From contig JAEZGS010000010.1 in assembly GCA_023437225.1 (NCBI GenBank), forward strand, positions 9,608-73,607: a DNA stretch of 64,000 nt, written 5' to 3'. This document shows, one piece after another, positions 27,996 to 37,594 of the stretch. The stretch is from Bacteroidota bacterium (GTDB lineage: Bacteria; Bacteroidota; Bacteroidia; Chitinophagales; Chitinophagaceae). A program made the translations under genes and the position numbers. Numbering within the stretch: position 1 is the first letter of the stretch; each line of letters begins with the position of its first letter. The notes beneath the pieces were generated by a model, which was not told the DNA's origin, did no database searches, and saw nothing but the letters and a program-made list of their open reading frames with translations.

Positions 27996-28952
27996 ATGGT
28001 AAAATTTCAACGCGAAGACATACATATCCTGGCAAGGCATACGACCCTCAACAAAGAAGAGGTTAAAGGTTTGCTGAAATTAAATGTCTACAATGACAAG
28101 CCTGCATGGCAGCAATTTCTTAGCTATCTTTTTCTTAATCTTGGTGTTGGCTTTGTAGCCGCCGGCATTGTATTTTTTTTCGCATACAACTGGGCCGATC
28201 TGCACAAGTTCATGAAGATTGGGTTAATCGAGGTCCTGATTATTACTACAACTTGTCTTGTCTTGATGCCGATGATTGGAAGAATACTCAGGAGCGTAAT
28301 ACTTACCGGCACATCCGTTCTTGTGGGTGTATTATTTGCGGTATTTGGACAAATTTATCAGACAGGGGCAAACGCGTACGATCTTTTCTTTGCATGGACG
28401 CTTTGCATTACGCTATGGGCAGTTGTTGCAAACTTCGCTCCATTGTGGCTGCTATTCCTTGTCTTGATAAACACAACTCTTGTCTTGTATTCGCAACAGG
28501 TTGTACGTAGCTGGTCAGCTGTGTATTTGCTTACATTGCTTTTCAGCGTCAATATAGGGTTGCTGCTTTGTTTTCTATTGATTGGTAACATCAGAGCGGC
28601 ATCAAAAATGCCTCGCTGGTTTATTAAAACACTCGCACTCGCCTCGGCAATACTTGCAACGCTTGGAATCGCGATAGGTATTTTCGAAGAACAAGGTCCT
28701 GCATTTTTGGTACTCCTGCTGATGACAATAGCGGCTTTTGTGATGGGCGCATGGCATGGGCTCCGGATCAAAAGTGCATTTTACCCTGGATTGATTGTGT
28801 TATGTGTTGTTGTAATAATTGCGGCTTTTCTTCTAAACTTATCCGACGGCGCAGCTATGTTTTTACTTGTGGGCTTGTTCATTGTTTCGAGCGTCACACT
28901 CTCGATCAGGAAACTTATCGACATGCAAAAAGAATGGGCAGATGCGAACTAA
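27996..28952 (+). CDS. DUF2157-like polytopic membrane protein
   Basis: 318 aa with a soluble N-terminal ~40 aa and then about 9 TM. First gene of the triad ending in a GDYXXLXY protein. Confidence 0.6.
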   Translation: MVKFQREDIHILARHTTLNKEEVKGLLKLNVYNDKPAWQQFLSYLFLNLGVGFVAAGIVFFFAYNWADLHKFMKIGLIEVLIITTTCLVLMPMIGRILRSVILTGTSVLVGVLFAVFGQIYQTGANAYDLFFAWTLCITLWAVVANFAPLWLLFLVLINTTLVLYSQQVVRSWSAVYLLTLLFSVNIGLLLCFLLIGNIRAASKMPRWFIKTLALASAILATLGIAIGIFEEQGPAFLVLLLMTIAAFVMGAWHGLRIKSAFYPGLIVLCVVVIIAAFLLNLSDGAAMFLLVGLFIVSSVTLSIRKLIDMQKEWADAN

Positions 28953-30006
28953 AGATGAAATAATAGAATCGCTGAACAAACTGCAATTGGTGACCGGAAG
29001 ACCAATTGATGCTGATGAATCGGCCATTGCAGAATCAATGCAGAAAAATAATTCTGGGCAATCAATTACAGTCAAGATATTATCAGTAATCGCCGGCCTT
29101 TTGGCCTGTGTCGCCTTTTACGCTTCTCTTATTATTTCAGGGTTGTATAATTCCGCCTCCGGCTTATTGATTACCGGAACTTTTTGTATCACCGTAGCAA
29201 TTCTTATTTGCAAAAGCTTGAATAAGATCATTTTTGATACGGTGAGTGTTTCATCATATGTAATTGGATTTGCATTGCTTGGTCTGGGTTTGTATGAGCT
29301 GAAAGTTGATGAAGACTATATAAGCGTCCTGTTTATCGTCGTGGCATTGCTTTCGTTAACGATCTCTGGAAACTATATACTGTCGTTTGTCTCTGTCTTG
29401 ATCATTAGCGGAAGTATTCTGACCTTGATAGTATCCAATCGCGAATACAACCTGATTCATGTGTATGTTTCCGCGATGGCAGTATTCTTAAGCTATTTGA
29501 TCGCAAACGAAGCGGCAATCATAGTAAGAAGCAAAGCAGTTTCAAAATTATACGATCCGTTACGTGTGGGATTAACCTTTGCGTTTCTTGCAGGATTACT
29601 GCTGATCGGCACTACCGGGATGCTGAAGGACTATGCTGAACATTTATGGGTTTCTTCCGTCTTCATCTTTGGTGCGATAATTTATGTTTTGTTAGCACTG
29701 GTCACCGTGCTGGAAATAACGAAGGTTCATCATAAGGTCTACGTGTTTGCCTGCGTCCTTTTACTATTGCCGACTATTCAATGGCCAGCAATTGCCGGCA
29801 GTATATTATTGATGCTTCTAAGCTTTCTCGTAAATTTCAAAACGGGTTTCGTTGTAGCTGTAGCTGCATTTATATATTTCGTGTGTCAATACTACTACGA
29901 TCTCAATGCTACATTACTCACGAAGTCTTTAATTCTCCTTTCATCCGGAGCCTTGTTTTTACTTCTTTATTTCATAACCCGGAAAAAGTTACTGTCGCAT
30001 GAATAA
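28942..30006 (+). CDS. DUF4401-like polytopic membrane protein
   Basis: Start moved to ATG 28942 (MRTKDEIIESLNKL). About 10 TM. Overlaps the upstream gene by 11 nt. Confidence 0.55.
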   Translation: MRTKDEIIESLNKLQLVTGRPIDADESAIAESMQKNNSGQSITVKILSVIAGLLACVAFYASLIISGLYNSASGLLITGTFCITVAILICKSLNKIIFDTVSVSSYVIGFALLGLGLYELKVDEDYISVLFIVVALLSLTISGNYILSFVSVLIISGSILTLIVSNREYNLIHVYVSAMAVFLSYLIANEAAIIVRSKAVSKLYDPLRVGLTFAFLAGLLLIGTTGMLKDYAEHLWVSSVFIFGAIIYVLLALVTVLEITKVHHKVYVFACVLLLLPTIQWPAIAGSILLMLLSFLVNFKTGFVVAVAAFIYFVCQYYYDLNATLLTKSLILLSSGALFLLLYFITRKKLLSHE

Positions 30007-30487
30007 GTATAAATCGATCATTATCGTTTTAAACCTGCTGATTCTGCTGATCTATTTCAACTATTCTGTATCAACTAAAGAAACGATTCTCAAAGACGGA
30101 AAGCTTATCTTATTAGAGTTAGCGCCTACCGATCCGCGTTCATTAATGCAGGGCGACTATATGACTTTGCGATATAAGATTGCTGCGCGAGACAATATTA
30201 AACAGTATCCGAAGAGAGGTTATTGTGTTGTGCAGCTCGATGACAGGGGGATTGCAAATGTTGTAAGATTCCAGCGGTCAAAAACACCGTTGTCTACAAA
30301 TGAGCGACTTATTGAATATTCATCGCCCGATGATTGGGACATAAATATCGGCGCCGAGTCTTACTTCTTCGAGGAAGGGCAGGCAGATAAGTTCGGTGTT
30401 GCAAGATACGGTGCGTTAAAAGTTGACACTAACGGAAACAGTCTGCTCGTGGGCTTGTATGATGAGCACTTAAAAAGGATCGAATAA
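29999..30487 (+). CDS. GDYXXLXY-domain protein
   Basis: 162 aa with an N-terminal TM and the literal motif DPRSLMQGDYMTLRY. 8-nt overlap with the upstream gene. Confidence 0.8.
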   Translation: MNKYKSIIIVLNLLILLIYFNYSVSTKETILKDGKLILLELAPTDPRSLMQGDYMTLRYKIAARDNIKQYPKRGYCVVQLDDRGIANVVRFQRSKTPLSTNERLIEYSSPDDWDINIGAESYFFEEGQADKFGVARYGALKVDTNGNSLLVGLYDEHLKRIE

Positions 30488-30493
30488 CGCAGA

Positions 30494-31411
30494 CTATGAC
30501 AGCGGTTCCGGCGGAGGCGCACTCCGGGCCGGTTTTGAGCGATCATCCGGTAATGGAATAAACTCATTGTTATCGGTCGGAGGTAGAATGATCCGGCCTT
30601 CTTTCCAATCGTTCTTTGCCTGTTCAATGCGTTCTTTCCTCGATGAAACAAAATTCCACCAGATAAATCGTTCTCCCAATGGTTCACCACCAAGCAACAT
30701 CAAAGTACAATCCTCGTAGGCTTGAAGCACAGGGTCGATTCCTTTTGTAAATACGACCATCTGACCCTGAGTATATCTTGTGCCACTTACTTCAAGCGTG
30801 CCTTTTGCAAGGTATATCGCTCGTTCAGAGTGTTCACGTGGCATGGTAAATCTGGCTCCAGCAACCAATTGAACATGCAGGTAAAATAGGGGTGAGTGAG
30901 TCTTTACATCATTCCTTAATCCAAATGCATTGCCGGCTATCAGCCGCATCCACACACCTTTTTCGTTGAACACAGGAAGTTGTTCGGGTTTGTAATTATC
31001 GAATGCAGGCGATGATTCTTCATATTTCTCTGGTAAGGCAACCCATGTTTGTATCATCTCTAACTGACCACCTGCGAGTGCACCAGGCTCCTCGAATCTT
31101 TCGGAGTGTGCAATGCCGCTTCCTGCTGTCATCCAGTTAACTTCTCCAGGTCTGATGATCTGCTCAACCCCGAGGCTATCGCGATGCGTTACCTGCCCGC
31201 CAAACAAGTAGCTTACTGTCGATAAGCCAATGTGGGGATGTGGCAGCACATCCATGGTTTGTGCACTTTGTGGTTCAACGGAAACTGGTCCCGCGTGATC
31301 CATAAAAATGAAAGGACCAACCATTCGGCGCAGCCTGAAAGGCAATATGCGTCGGACATTCAGGCCTGTTGCCAGCGATGCGATGCGCGCATCAATTACC
31401 ATATCGATCAT
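30494..31411 (-). CDS. pirin-family protein
   Basis: 305 aa with the blocks FIFMDHAGP, HPHIGLSTVSYLFGG..HRDSLG and NWMTAGSGIAHSE. Confidence 0.85.
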   Translation of the reverse strand: MIDMVIDARIASLATGLNVRRILPFRLRRMVGPFIFMDHAGPVSVEPQSAQTMDVLPHPHIGLSTVSYLFGGQVTHRDSLGVEQIIRPGEVNWMTAGSGIAHSERFEEPGALAGGQLEMIQTWVALPEKYEESSPAFDNYKPEQLPVFNEKGVWMRLIAGNAFGLRNDVKTHSPLFYLHVQLVAGARFTMPREHSERAIYLAKGTLEVSGTRYTQGQMVVFTKGIDPVLQAYEDCTLMLLGGEPLGERFIWWNFVSSRKERIEQAKNDWKEGRIILPPTDNNEFIPLPDDRSKPARSAPPPEPLS

Positions 31412-31447
31412 CGGAAAAGGTTATGCTCATGAAGATAATCATTCCGG

Positions 31448-32611
31448 TCAACCGGATACCTCTAATTCTTCCTTTCCCGGTTCTTCGCCTTTATCTTTTT
31501 TCTTTTCGTGTTCGATAGATGGAACGGTTTCCGTGAAAATGAAACCGGCTCTCGCTGCATGATCGGCTGCAGTAACGGAGTTATCGACGATCAGCATTTC
31601 TACCTTTTGTTGTTTCAATGACTCTGAAACATCGATCGCAATTTTAGTTCTTTCTGGCAATTGAACATCGCGAATATAGATAGCTAATATTCGTCCCGGA
31701 TATAGCTCAGCTACTTCGCGGTAAATAACCGGATCTTCCTGTCCGCTGTCTCCGATCAGTATAAAATTTAAATGAGGAAACGCTTCAAGGATCTGTTTAA
31801 TTTCTTTCAACTTGTGACCCAGGTGACCCTTTTCTTCCTTCTCCTTATGTTCGAAGCCAAAGTCTCTTAACAGCAAAGGACCGGCAGGTATTTCATTCAA
31901 GTCCAGGAATTCTTTCAGCATATCATATAGATTCCAGGGACTGCTGCTGACATAGAAAAAAGGATTGTTGCGTTTACCGTTTTTTCCGAGTTGGAGCGAT
32001 TTGTAAAACTGTGCCACACCGGCGAACGGTAGTCGCGTTTTGGCATTGTTGAGGAAGGTTGTTCTTCCCATTGCAAACAAATTAGTGGCAGTGGTTTTTA
32101 CAATGGTATCGTCGATATCGCTTATTACACCAAATTCCGCATCGGCGGGCGGTATCATTACTTCTGCAACAGACTTCAATCCCCGTTCAAATGCGATCGG
32201 TGCGCTAATTAATTCAAGAGGTATTCCATGCCAGAGGTTTTCCTGATTGACGGGTCCACTCCATTGAAATTTCAAAATAAAATATCCTTCTTTGTCGGTA
32301 ATGATTTGAACAGTTTCGCCAGGCAGTTGCACGGATAGTGTTGCATTTGCTACTTCATCGCTTTCAAATCGCTTGTACATATTCACGAGATTGTTCAATA
32401 TCGTGTCCTTATCGGTTGACGCTGCTATGTTCTTATCTTCCAGTACGCGCCCTTTGATGTACATGCGAGTTTGCGTACCATAGGTTCTAAACGGAACGAT
32501 CTGAATCGGGTCGTTCCAACCCATGCGGCGCGTGAATGAAGCGCGAAGATCATCCCACTTGTCTTCAACCTCGGAAAGATACTTGCCGAATAGCGATTTC
32601 AGATCCTGCAT
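31448..32611 (-). CDS. App1-family (DUF2183) phosphatidate-phosphatase-like protein
   Basis: 387 aa with the DxDxT motif (VISDIDDTIVKT) and a GDSGQEDP block. Confidence 0.7.
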   Translation of the reverse strand: MQDLKSLFGKYLSEVEDKWDDLRASFTRRMGWNDPIQIVPFRTYGTQTRMYIKGRVLEDKNIAASTDKDTILNNLVNMYKRFESDEVANATLSVQLPGETVQIITDKEGYFILKFQWSGPVNQENLWHGIPLELISAPIAFERGLKSVAEVMIPPADAEFGVISDIDDTIVKTTATNLFAMGRTTFLNNAKTRLPFAGVAQFYKSLQLGKNGKRNNPFFYVSSSPWNLYDMLKEFLDLNEIPAGPLLLRDFGFEHKEKEEKGHLGHKLKEIKQILEAFPHLNFILIGDSGQEDPVIYREVAELYPGRILAIYIRDVQLPERTKIAIDVSESLKQQKVEMLIVDNSVTAADHAARAGFIFTETVPSIEHEKKKDKGEEPGKEELEVSG

Positions 32612-32648
32612 ACTTCAATGTTCTGATTTTTTTGGTAATTTGACCGTC

Positions 32649-33116
32649 ATGAAAAAAACTCTTTGCTTTTTGCTTATTGCATCCCTTGCGGTTGCCTGCA
32701 CATCCCGGGAATCCAGCAATAATGATACCGCAGGAAAAACACAACTGGCTGGTACATGGAAGTTATTGTCGGGTACACTGATTGAAAAAGGAGATACTAC
32801 AACAACCGATTATACCAGCGGTAAGTCTTTCATCAAGATCCTGAACGACACTCATTTTGCATTCATGCTTCACGATCTCAACCACGGAAAAGATTCTTCA
32901 GCAGCGTTTACTGCCGGCGGCGGAAAATATACTTTGAAAGACAGGTCTTATACAGAGCACCTGGAGTATTGCAGTGCACGAGACTGGGAGGGACACAACT
33001 TCACTTTCAATGTGGAAATAAACGGCGATACTTTAATACAAAGCGGACTGGAAAAGATCGATAGCCTCGGTGTAGACCGCTTGAATATAGAAAAATACGT
33101 TCGGGTTAAGAATTAA
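32649..33116 (+). CDS. lipoprotein, lipocalin-like, unknown function
   Basis: Start moved to ATG 32649 (MKKTLCFLLIASLAVACTS lipobox). GTWKLLSG-type beta-barrel start. Confidence 0.5.
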   Translation: MKKTLCFLLIASLAVACTSRESSNNDTAGKTQLAGTWKLLSGTLIEKGDTTTTDYTSGKSFIKILNDTHFAFMLHDLNHGKDSSAAFTAGGGKYTLKDRSYTEHLEYCSARDWEGHNFTFNVEINGDTLIQSGLEKIDSLGVDRLNIEKYVRVKN

Positions 33117-33130
33117 ATCAAACTAACATA

Positions 33131-33634
33131 ATGAGCCAGGAACTTGAAACATCAATGGCGTCGGGGCCGCATAGCCAGCTTCTAAAATTACAGGGACATT
33201 GGGAGGGAACAAACAAAGTTTGGTTTGAGCCAGGTGATCCTGTTGATCAATCATCGGTAACAGGTAGCATGAAGCTGATTTTTGATGGTCGCTATATCCT
33301 GTACGAATACACTGGCTCATTCCAGGGGAATCCGCTGGAAGGCATGGCCATTATTGGTTATGATCTTAACATGAAAAGATACCAGATCGCATGGATCGAT
33401 AGTTTCCATACTGGTACTTCAATTCTATTTTCTGAAGGCGAAAGAGGCAGTGAAGAGCCGTCAGTACTTGGAAGTTATACATACATCGCTCCCGAAGGAG
33501 AGACAACCTGGGGTTGGAGAACGACCATCGAAGTAATTAATGACGACGAAATAGTTTTTCGTGCATTCAACGTCATACCTGGAGCGGGCGACGTAAAAGC
33601 AACTGAAACGATCTACAAAAGAAAGGCAGTATAA
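33131..33634 (+). CDS. DUF1579-like protein
   Basis: 167 aa. LLKLQGHWEGTNKVWFEPG resembles the DUF1579 family as I remember it. Confidence 0.55.
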   Translation: MSQELETSMASGPHSQLLKLQGHWEGTNKVWFEPGDPVDQSSVTGSMKLIFDGRYILYEYTGSFQGNPLEGMAIIGYDLNMKRYQIAWIDSFHTGTSILFSEGERGSEEPSVLGSYTYIAPEGETTWGWRTTIEVINDDEIVFRAFNVIPGAGDVKATETIYKRKAV

Positions 33635-33635
33635 G

Positions 33636-34688
33636 ATGCGCATAAGTTTAATGCTACGCGCTCGTGTAGTGTGTATTATTATATGCCTACTGATGGCGTT
33701 AATATATGCGAACGCGCAGAATAAAACGCCATTACCCGTCATATTTGAAACCGATATGGGCAACGACGTAGACGATGCACTTGCATTGGACCTGTTGTAC
33801 AAATACCACGATGAGGGGCGCATTCAATTACTTGGCATCAGCAATAATAAGAATAGTGATTATTCGATTCCCTTTTTGCAATTGATGAATGATTTTTATG
33901 GTTACCCTAATATCCCTCTTGGCAATGTACATAATGGTGCAAATTCTGCAGGGGACGCACTAGATTATACAAAGGCAGTTGTCGAGTATTCCCTGGATTC
34001 GGTTGCTCCATTTGATTCTTATAAGTACAAAACGAGTTCGCTAGAGTCTGTCCTGTTGTATCGCAAGATCCTGAGCGCTCAGGCAGATAGCAGCGTAGTG
34101 TTGATATCTGTTGGATTTTCCACTAACCTTGTGAGATTGCTTGATAGTAAAAGCGATGCCTATTCATCGTTAAACGGAGCAGACCTTGTAGCCAAAAAGA
34201 TAAAATACCTCAGTGTTATGGCCTGCACCTTCACGAACAATTGGTCTGAGTACAACATTCAAAAAGATACAACAGCGGCCAGGCGACTATTTTCAGAGTG
34301 GCCGACAAAAATCATAGTTAGTCCTTACGAAGTCGGAGCTGCAATTCTATATCCTGCTTCCAGCATTGAAAATGATCTTGATTATGCCAAACACCATCCT
34401 TTAAAGATTGCCTACAGCTCGTACATGAAAATGCCTTACGATCGACCGACCTGGGATCTTACGGCCGTTTTATTTGCTGCGGAAGGGCCACAGGATTATT
34501 TCAGCCTAAGCGAACATGGAGTAGTTAGCGTACTTAATAAGGGTAATACAACATTTACGGCCAATGCCAATGGGCGTCACCAATATCTGCGTATCGATAA
34601 CGCCCAGGCGAAAAAGATCAGGGAGCGATTCATAGAATTAATACAGCGTAAGCCGAAGTCAGGTTCTGCCATTCCTTCGAGGCATTAA
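33636..34688 (+). CDS. nucleoside hydrolase (inosine/uridine-preferring family), secreted
   Basis: 350 aa with a signal peptide. Aspartate cluster FETDMGNDVDDALAL. Confidence 0.75.
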   Translation: MRISLMLRARVVCIIICLLMALIYANAQNKTPLPVIFETDMGNDVDDALALDLLYKYHDEGRIQLLGISNNKNSDYSIPFLQLMNDFYGYPNIPLGNVHNGANSAGDALDYTKAVVEYSLDSVAPFDSYKYKTSSLESVLLYRKILSAQADSSVVLISVGFSTNLVRLLDSKSDAYSSLNGADLVAKKIKYLSVMACTFTNNWSEYNIQKDTTAARRLFSEWPTKIIVSPYEVGAAILYPASSIENDLDYAKHHPLKIAYSSYMKMPYDRPTWDLTAVLFAAEGPQDYFSLSEHGVVSVLNKGNTTFTANANGRHQYLRIDNAQAKKIRERFIELIQRKPKSGSAIPSRH

Positions 34689-35132
34689 GGCCGCAAGTTT
34701 TTGCGGTTGCTCATATCCTTTCGCGGAATAATATACTACCAATCGATCGGCCGCATTCTTCTGCAGTGCAAGCAGCTCACCCACAGAAATTACCATTGCA
34801 TTGCCTTTTTGATCGCTGTCCTGAAATTTCCATTCCTTAACAATATTTCCCTTTGTATCTCGAATGCTTATTGCGCGCGACTTACCTACTTTGCCCGGCT
34901 CGTTACATTGCAAGAAGCGTATGTAGATTTTGTCGGTTGCTTTCGCTTCAGACAGATCCAGGTTCTTAAGATCAAAGGGTTCATACAGTGCCTGGCGTAT
35001 GAGCACTTTGTTGTTAAGAGTGATCTCGTAGCTGTCACCACCGGCGCGTGCTGCAAATGTAAATAAGCACATAGATACCAACGCGAGTAGGAAAGTCCTG
35101 ATCACCGCGGTTCTTAATGATGTGTGTTGCAT
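34659..35132 (-). CDS. small secreted protein, unknown function
   Basis: Start moved to ATG 35132 (MQHTSLRTAVIRTFLLALVSMCLFTFAARAG signal). The 3' end overlaps the convergent nucleoside hydrolase gene by 30 nt. Confidence 0.45.
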   Translation of the reverse strand: MQHTSLRTAVIRTFLLALVSMCLFTFAARAGGDSYEITLNNKVLIRQALYEPFDLKNLDLSEAKATDKIYIRFLQCNEPGKVGKSRAISIRDTKGNIVKEWKFQDSDQKGNAMVISVGELLALQKNAADRLVVYYSAKGYEQPQKLAALMPRRNGRT

Positions 35133-35235
35133 AGTTGAAGATTTGTGTTTGACGAAAAAGGTTACATAGGCAATTTGCCTGATATACATGGAGTGAAAAA
35201 ATTGGATTGATGTATGGATCGATTTTCGTGACGTA

Positions 35236-36285
35236 ATGCAAAAAAGTTTTTACTTTAATGATATGCACAGGGTGCTTAAATATAAGCTCGACCATGCTGC
35301 ATTCTGGATGATCACTGTCCTGTTCTATGGCTTCACCAGGCGGAACCTCATCGCAGATGCGGGAAGCGGACTGTTTTTGCTGGATGTAATCGTTCGTAAT
35401 GTATTGATCGCTTCAGCATGTTATCTCAACATTTACCTGTTGTTTGAAAAGCTGTTCAGGAAAGGAAGATATGTTACCTATATTTTATCGCTATTACTGT
35501 TGCTGCTCGCGTACACAATGTTACAAAGTGCATTTGATGGTTGGTTGCAGTTGAATGCTCAAACAGCCACGGCGCGCGGTGATTTTATGGCCAACAGTTA
35601 TTACAACTTTTCCATCGGTATATTTTACATCACTTTTACGCTTGCTTTACAACTGAGCAAGAAATGGTATCAACAGCAGATCTATCTTCATAAACTGCAG
35701 GCGGAACGAAGCGAGGCGGAGTTACGATATCTTAAAGCACAACTTAACCCGCACTTTCTTTTTAATTGTATCAACACCATATACTTTCAAATCGATCCGT
35801 TAAATGTCGAAGCCAGGGATTCGCTGCAGAAATTCGCGGAAATGTTGCGCTACCAGCTTTATGAATGTAATGAAGACACCATCCCTATTGAGAAGGAAAC
35901 CAGCTACCTCGAAAGTTATGTTGACCTTCAGCGGTTGCGTAAAGACAGCCACTACCGCATAGACTTTAACGTCGAAGGCTCCGTATGTGAGTTTCATATC
36001 GCTCCATTGTTGTTGCTTCCATTTGTTGAAAATGCCTTCAAACATTTGTCGAGCGATCCGCGTGTAAATCATTTTGTGGAACTTAACATGCGCAGAACCA
36101 ACGGAAGTTTCTATTTTCATGTAGCCAACTCAACCGATGCGAACAATAATGATCCGAACCGGACCGGTATCGGCCTAAGTAATGTTCAGCGTCGGCTGGA
36201 TCTTTTATATGAGAACAGGTATAGCCTGGATATTCATCAAACTGGTTCAATGTATTCTGTTGATCTAAAGCTCGACATCAAATGA
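35236..36285 (+). CDS. LytS/YehU-type sensor histidine kinase
   Basis: 349 aa with N-terminal TM helices. His-kinase block LKAQLNPHFLFNCINTIY and an ATPase-like C-terminus (GIGLSNVQRRL). Confidence 0.8.
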   Translation: MQKSFYFNDMHRVLKYKLDHAAFWMITVLFYGFTRRNLIADAGSGLFLLDVIVRNVLIASACYLNIYLLFEKLFRKGRYVTYILSLLLLLLAYTMLQSAFDGWLQLNAQTATARGDFMANSYYNFSIGIFYITFTLALQLSKKWYQQQIYLHKLQAERSEAELRYLKAQLNPHFLFNCINTIYFQIDPLNVEARDSLQKFAEMLRYQLYECNEDTIPIEKETSYLESYVDLQRLRKDSHYRIDFNVEGSVCEFHIAPLLLLPFVENAFKHLSSDPRVNHFVELNMRRTNGSFYFHVANSTDANNNDPNRTGIGLSNVQRRLDLLYENRYSLDIHQTGSMYSVDLKLDIK

Positions 36286-36998
36286 ACATGAAATGCATTG
36301 TTGTTGATGATGAACCGCTGGCCCGAAAAGGGCTTCAGCAATACATCCAGCAAATCGATTTTTTACAGCTTGTTGGAGTGTTTGAAGATGCGGCGCAGGT
36401 ATACCCTCAGGTTCACGAACTGGATGTTGACCTGATCTTTCTCGACATAGAAATGCCCAGGCTAACAGGAATCCAGTTCATGCGTTCACTAAAGCATCCT
36501 CCATTGGTTATCTTCATCACTGCCTATCCAGATTATGCAGTCGAAGGCTATGAATTAGATGTTACGGATTATCTGCTTAAGCCAGTCAGTTTTCCACGTT
36601 TTGTAAGGGCAGTAAACAAAGCACACGAAATTGTTATGTCGCGCCAGCACAAGCCGACTGTCGATGACGCCATAGACCATTTTTTTGTAAAGGAAAATGG
36701 AAGGTTTACAAAAGTGATGTTTGACGATGTGCTTTACCTGGAGGCGTTACAGAATTATGTTGCCATACATCTTCAGGGAAAGAAGATCATCAGCTATATC
36801 ACACTTACGACACTCGAGAAGCAGTTACCGGCAAACCTTTTCATGCGCATTCATAAGTCTTACATCGTGCCGTTGCAACGGGTCGTAGCGATTGAAGGTA
36901 ATATGGCATTAGTAGGCAGTGTAAACATTCCCGTAAGCAGGAAACTAAAAGATAAATTGATGCAGGAGGTGGTGGACAGAAGGCTTCTTAAACGTTGA
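36282..36998 (+). CDS. LytTR-family response regulator
   Basis: 238 aa. Receiver domain (VVDDEPLA, DLIFLDIEMP) plus a C-terminal LytTR domain. 4-nt overlap with the kinase gene. Confidence 0.9.
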   Translation: MNMKCIVVDDEPLARKGLQQYIQQIDFLQLVGVFEDAAQVYPQVHELDVDLIFLDIEMPRLTGIQFMRSLKHPPLVIFITAYPDYAVEGYELDVTDYLLKPVSFPRFVRAVNKAHEIVMSRQHKPTVDDAIDHFFVKENGRFTKVMFDDVLYLEALQNYVAIHLQGKKIISYITLTTLEKQLPANLFMRIHKSYIVPLQRVVAIEGNMALVGSVNIPVSRKLKDKLMQEVVDRRLLKR

Positions 36999-37049
36999 AT
37001 TAAATGATTCGATCGTGTTTTGTATAACTTTATCTCACAATTGGTATTC

Positions 37050-37538
37050 ATGCAAATAAGAATTTTTGTTACGGGTGGTACGTTCGACAAAGAGTATAAT
37101 GAACTAACGGGCGAGCTTTTCTTTAAAGAAACACATTTGCCTGAAATGCTGGAGCGAAGCCGGTCAACATTGGATGTGACTGTGCGTACCCTGATGATGA
37201 TCGACAGTTTACACATGACCGACGAAGATCGGCAGCTCATCGTACATCAATGTAAGAATACACCGGAAGACCGCATCATTATTACACATGGTACGGATAC
37301 GATGACAGTGACGGCGAAAGTGCTTGCTCAACAGGTAAGCGACAAAACGATTATTATAACCGGTGCAATGATTCCCTATAAATTTGGTAGCTCTGACGGG
37401 TTTTTTAACCTCGGTGCGGCGTTGGCTTTCGCACAAACACTGCCATCGGGAGTGTATATTGCGATGAATGGGCGTGCCTTCGACTGGCATAACGTTCAGA
37501 AGAATCGGAAGACAGGCCAGTTCGAGGAACTTAGATAA
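37050..37538 (+). CDS. short asparaginase-domain protein (N-terminal domain only)
   Basis: The track starts at TTG 37020; ATG 37050 gives MQIRIFVTGGTFDKEY (TGGT threonine motif). Second motif ITHGTDTM. Only about 163 aa. Confidence 0.7.
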   Translation: MQIRIFVTGGTFDKEYNELTGELFFKETHLPEMLERSRSTLDVTVRTLMMIDSLHMTDEDRQLIVHQCKNTPEDRIIITHGTDTMTVTAKVLAQQVSDKTIIITGAMIPYKFGSSDGFFNLGAALAFAQTLPSGVYIAMNGRAFDWHNVQKNRKTGQFEELR

Positions 37539-37594
37539 AATGTGCGGATTTGCAATTTGCAATGTAAATTGACGGTACAGCTAAGCAATTTGTT

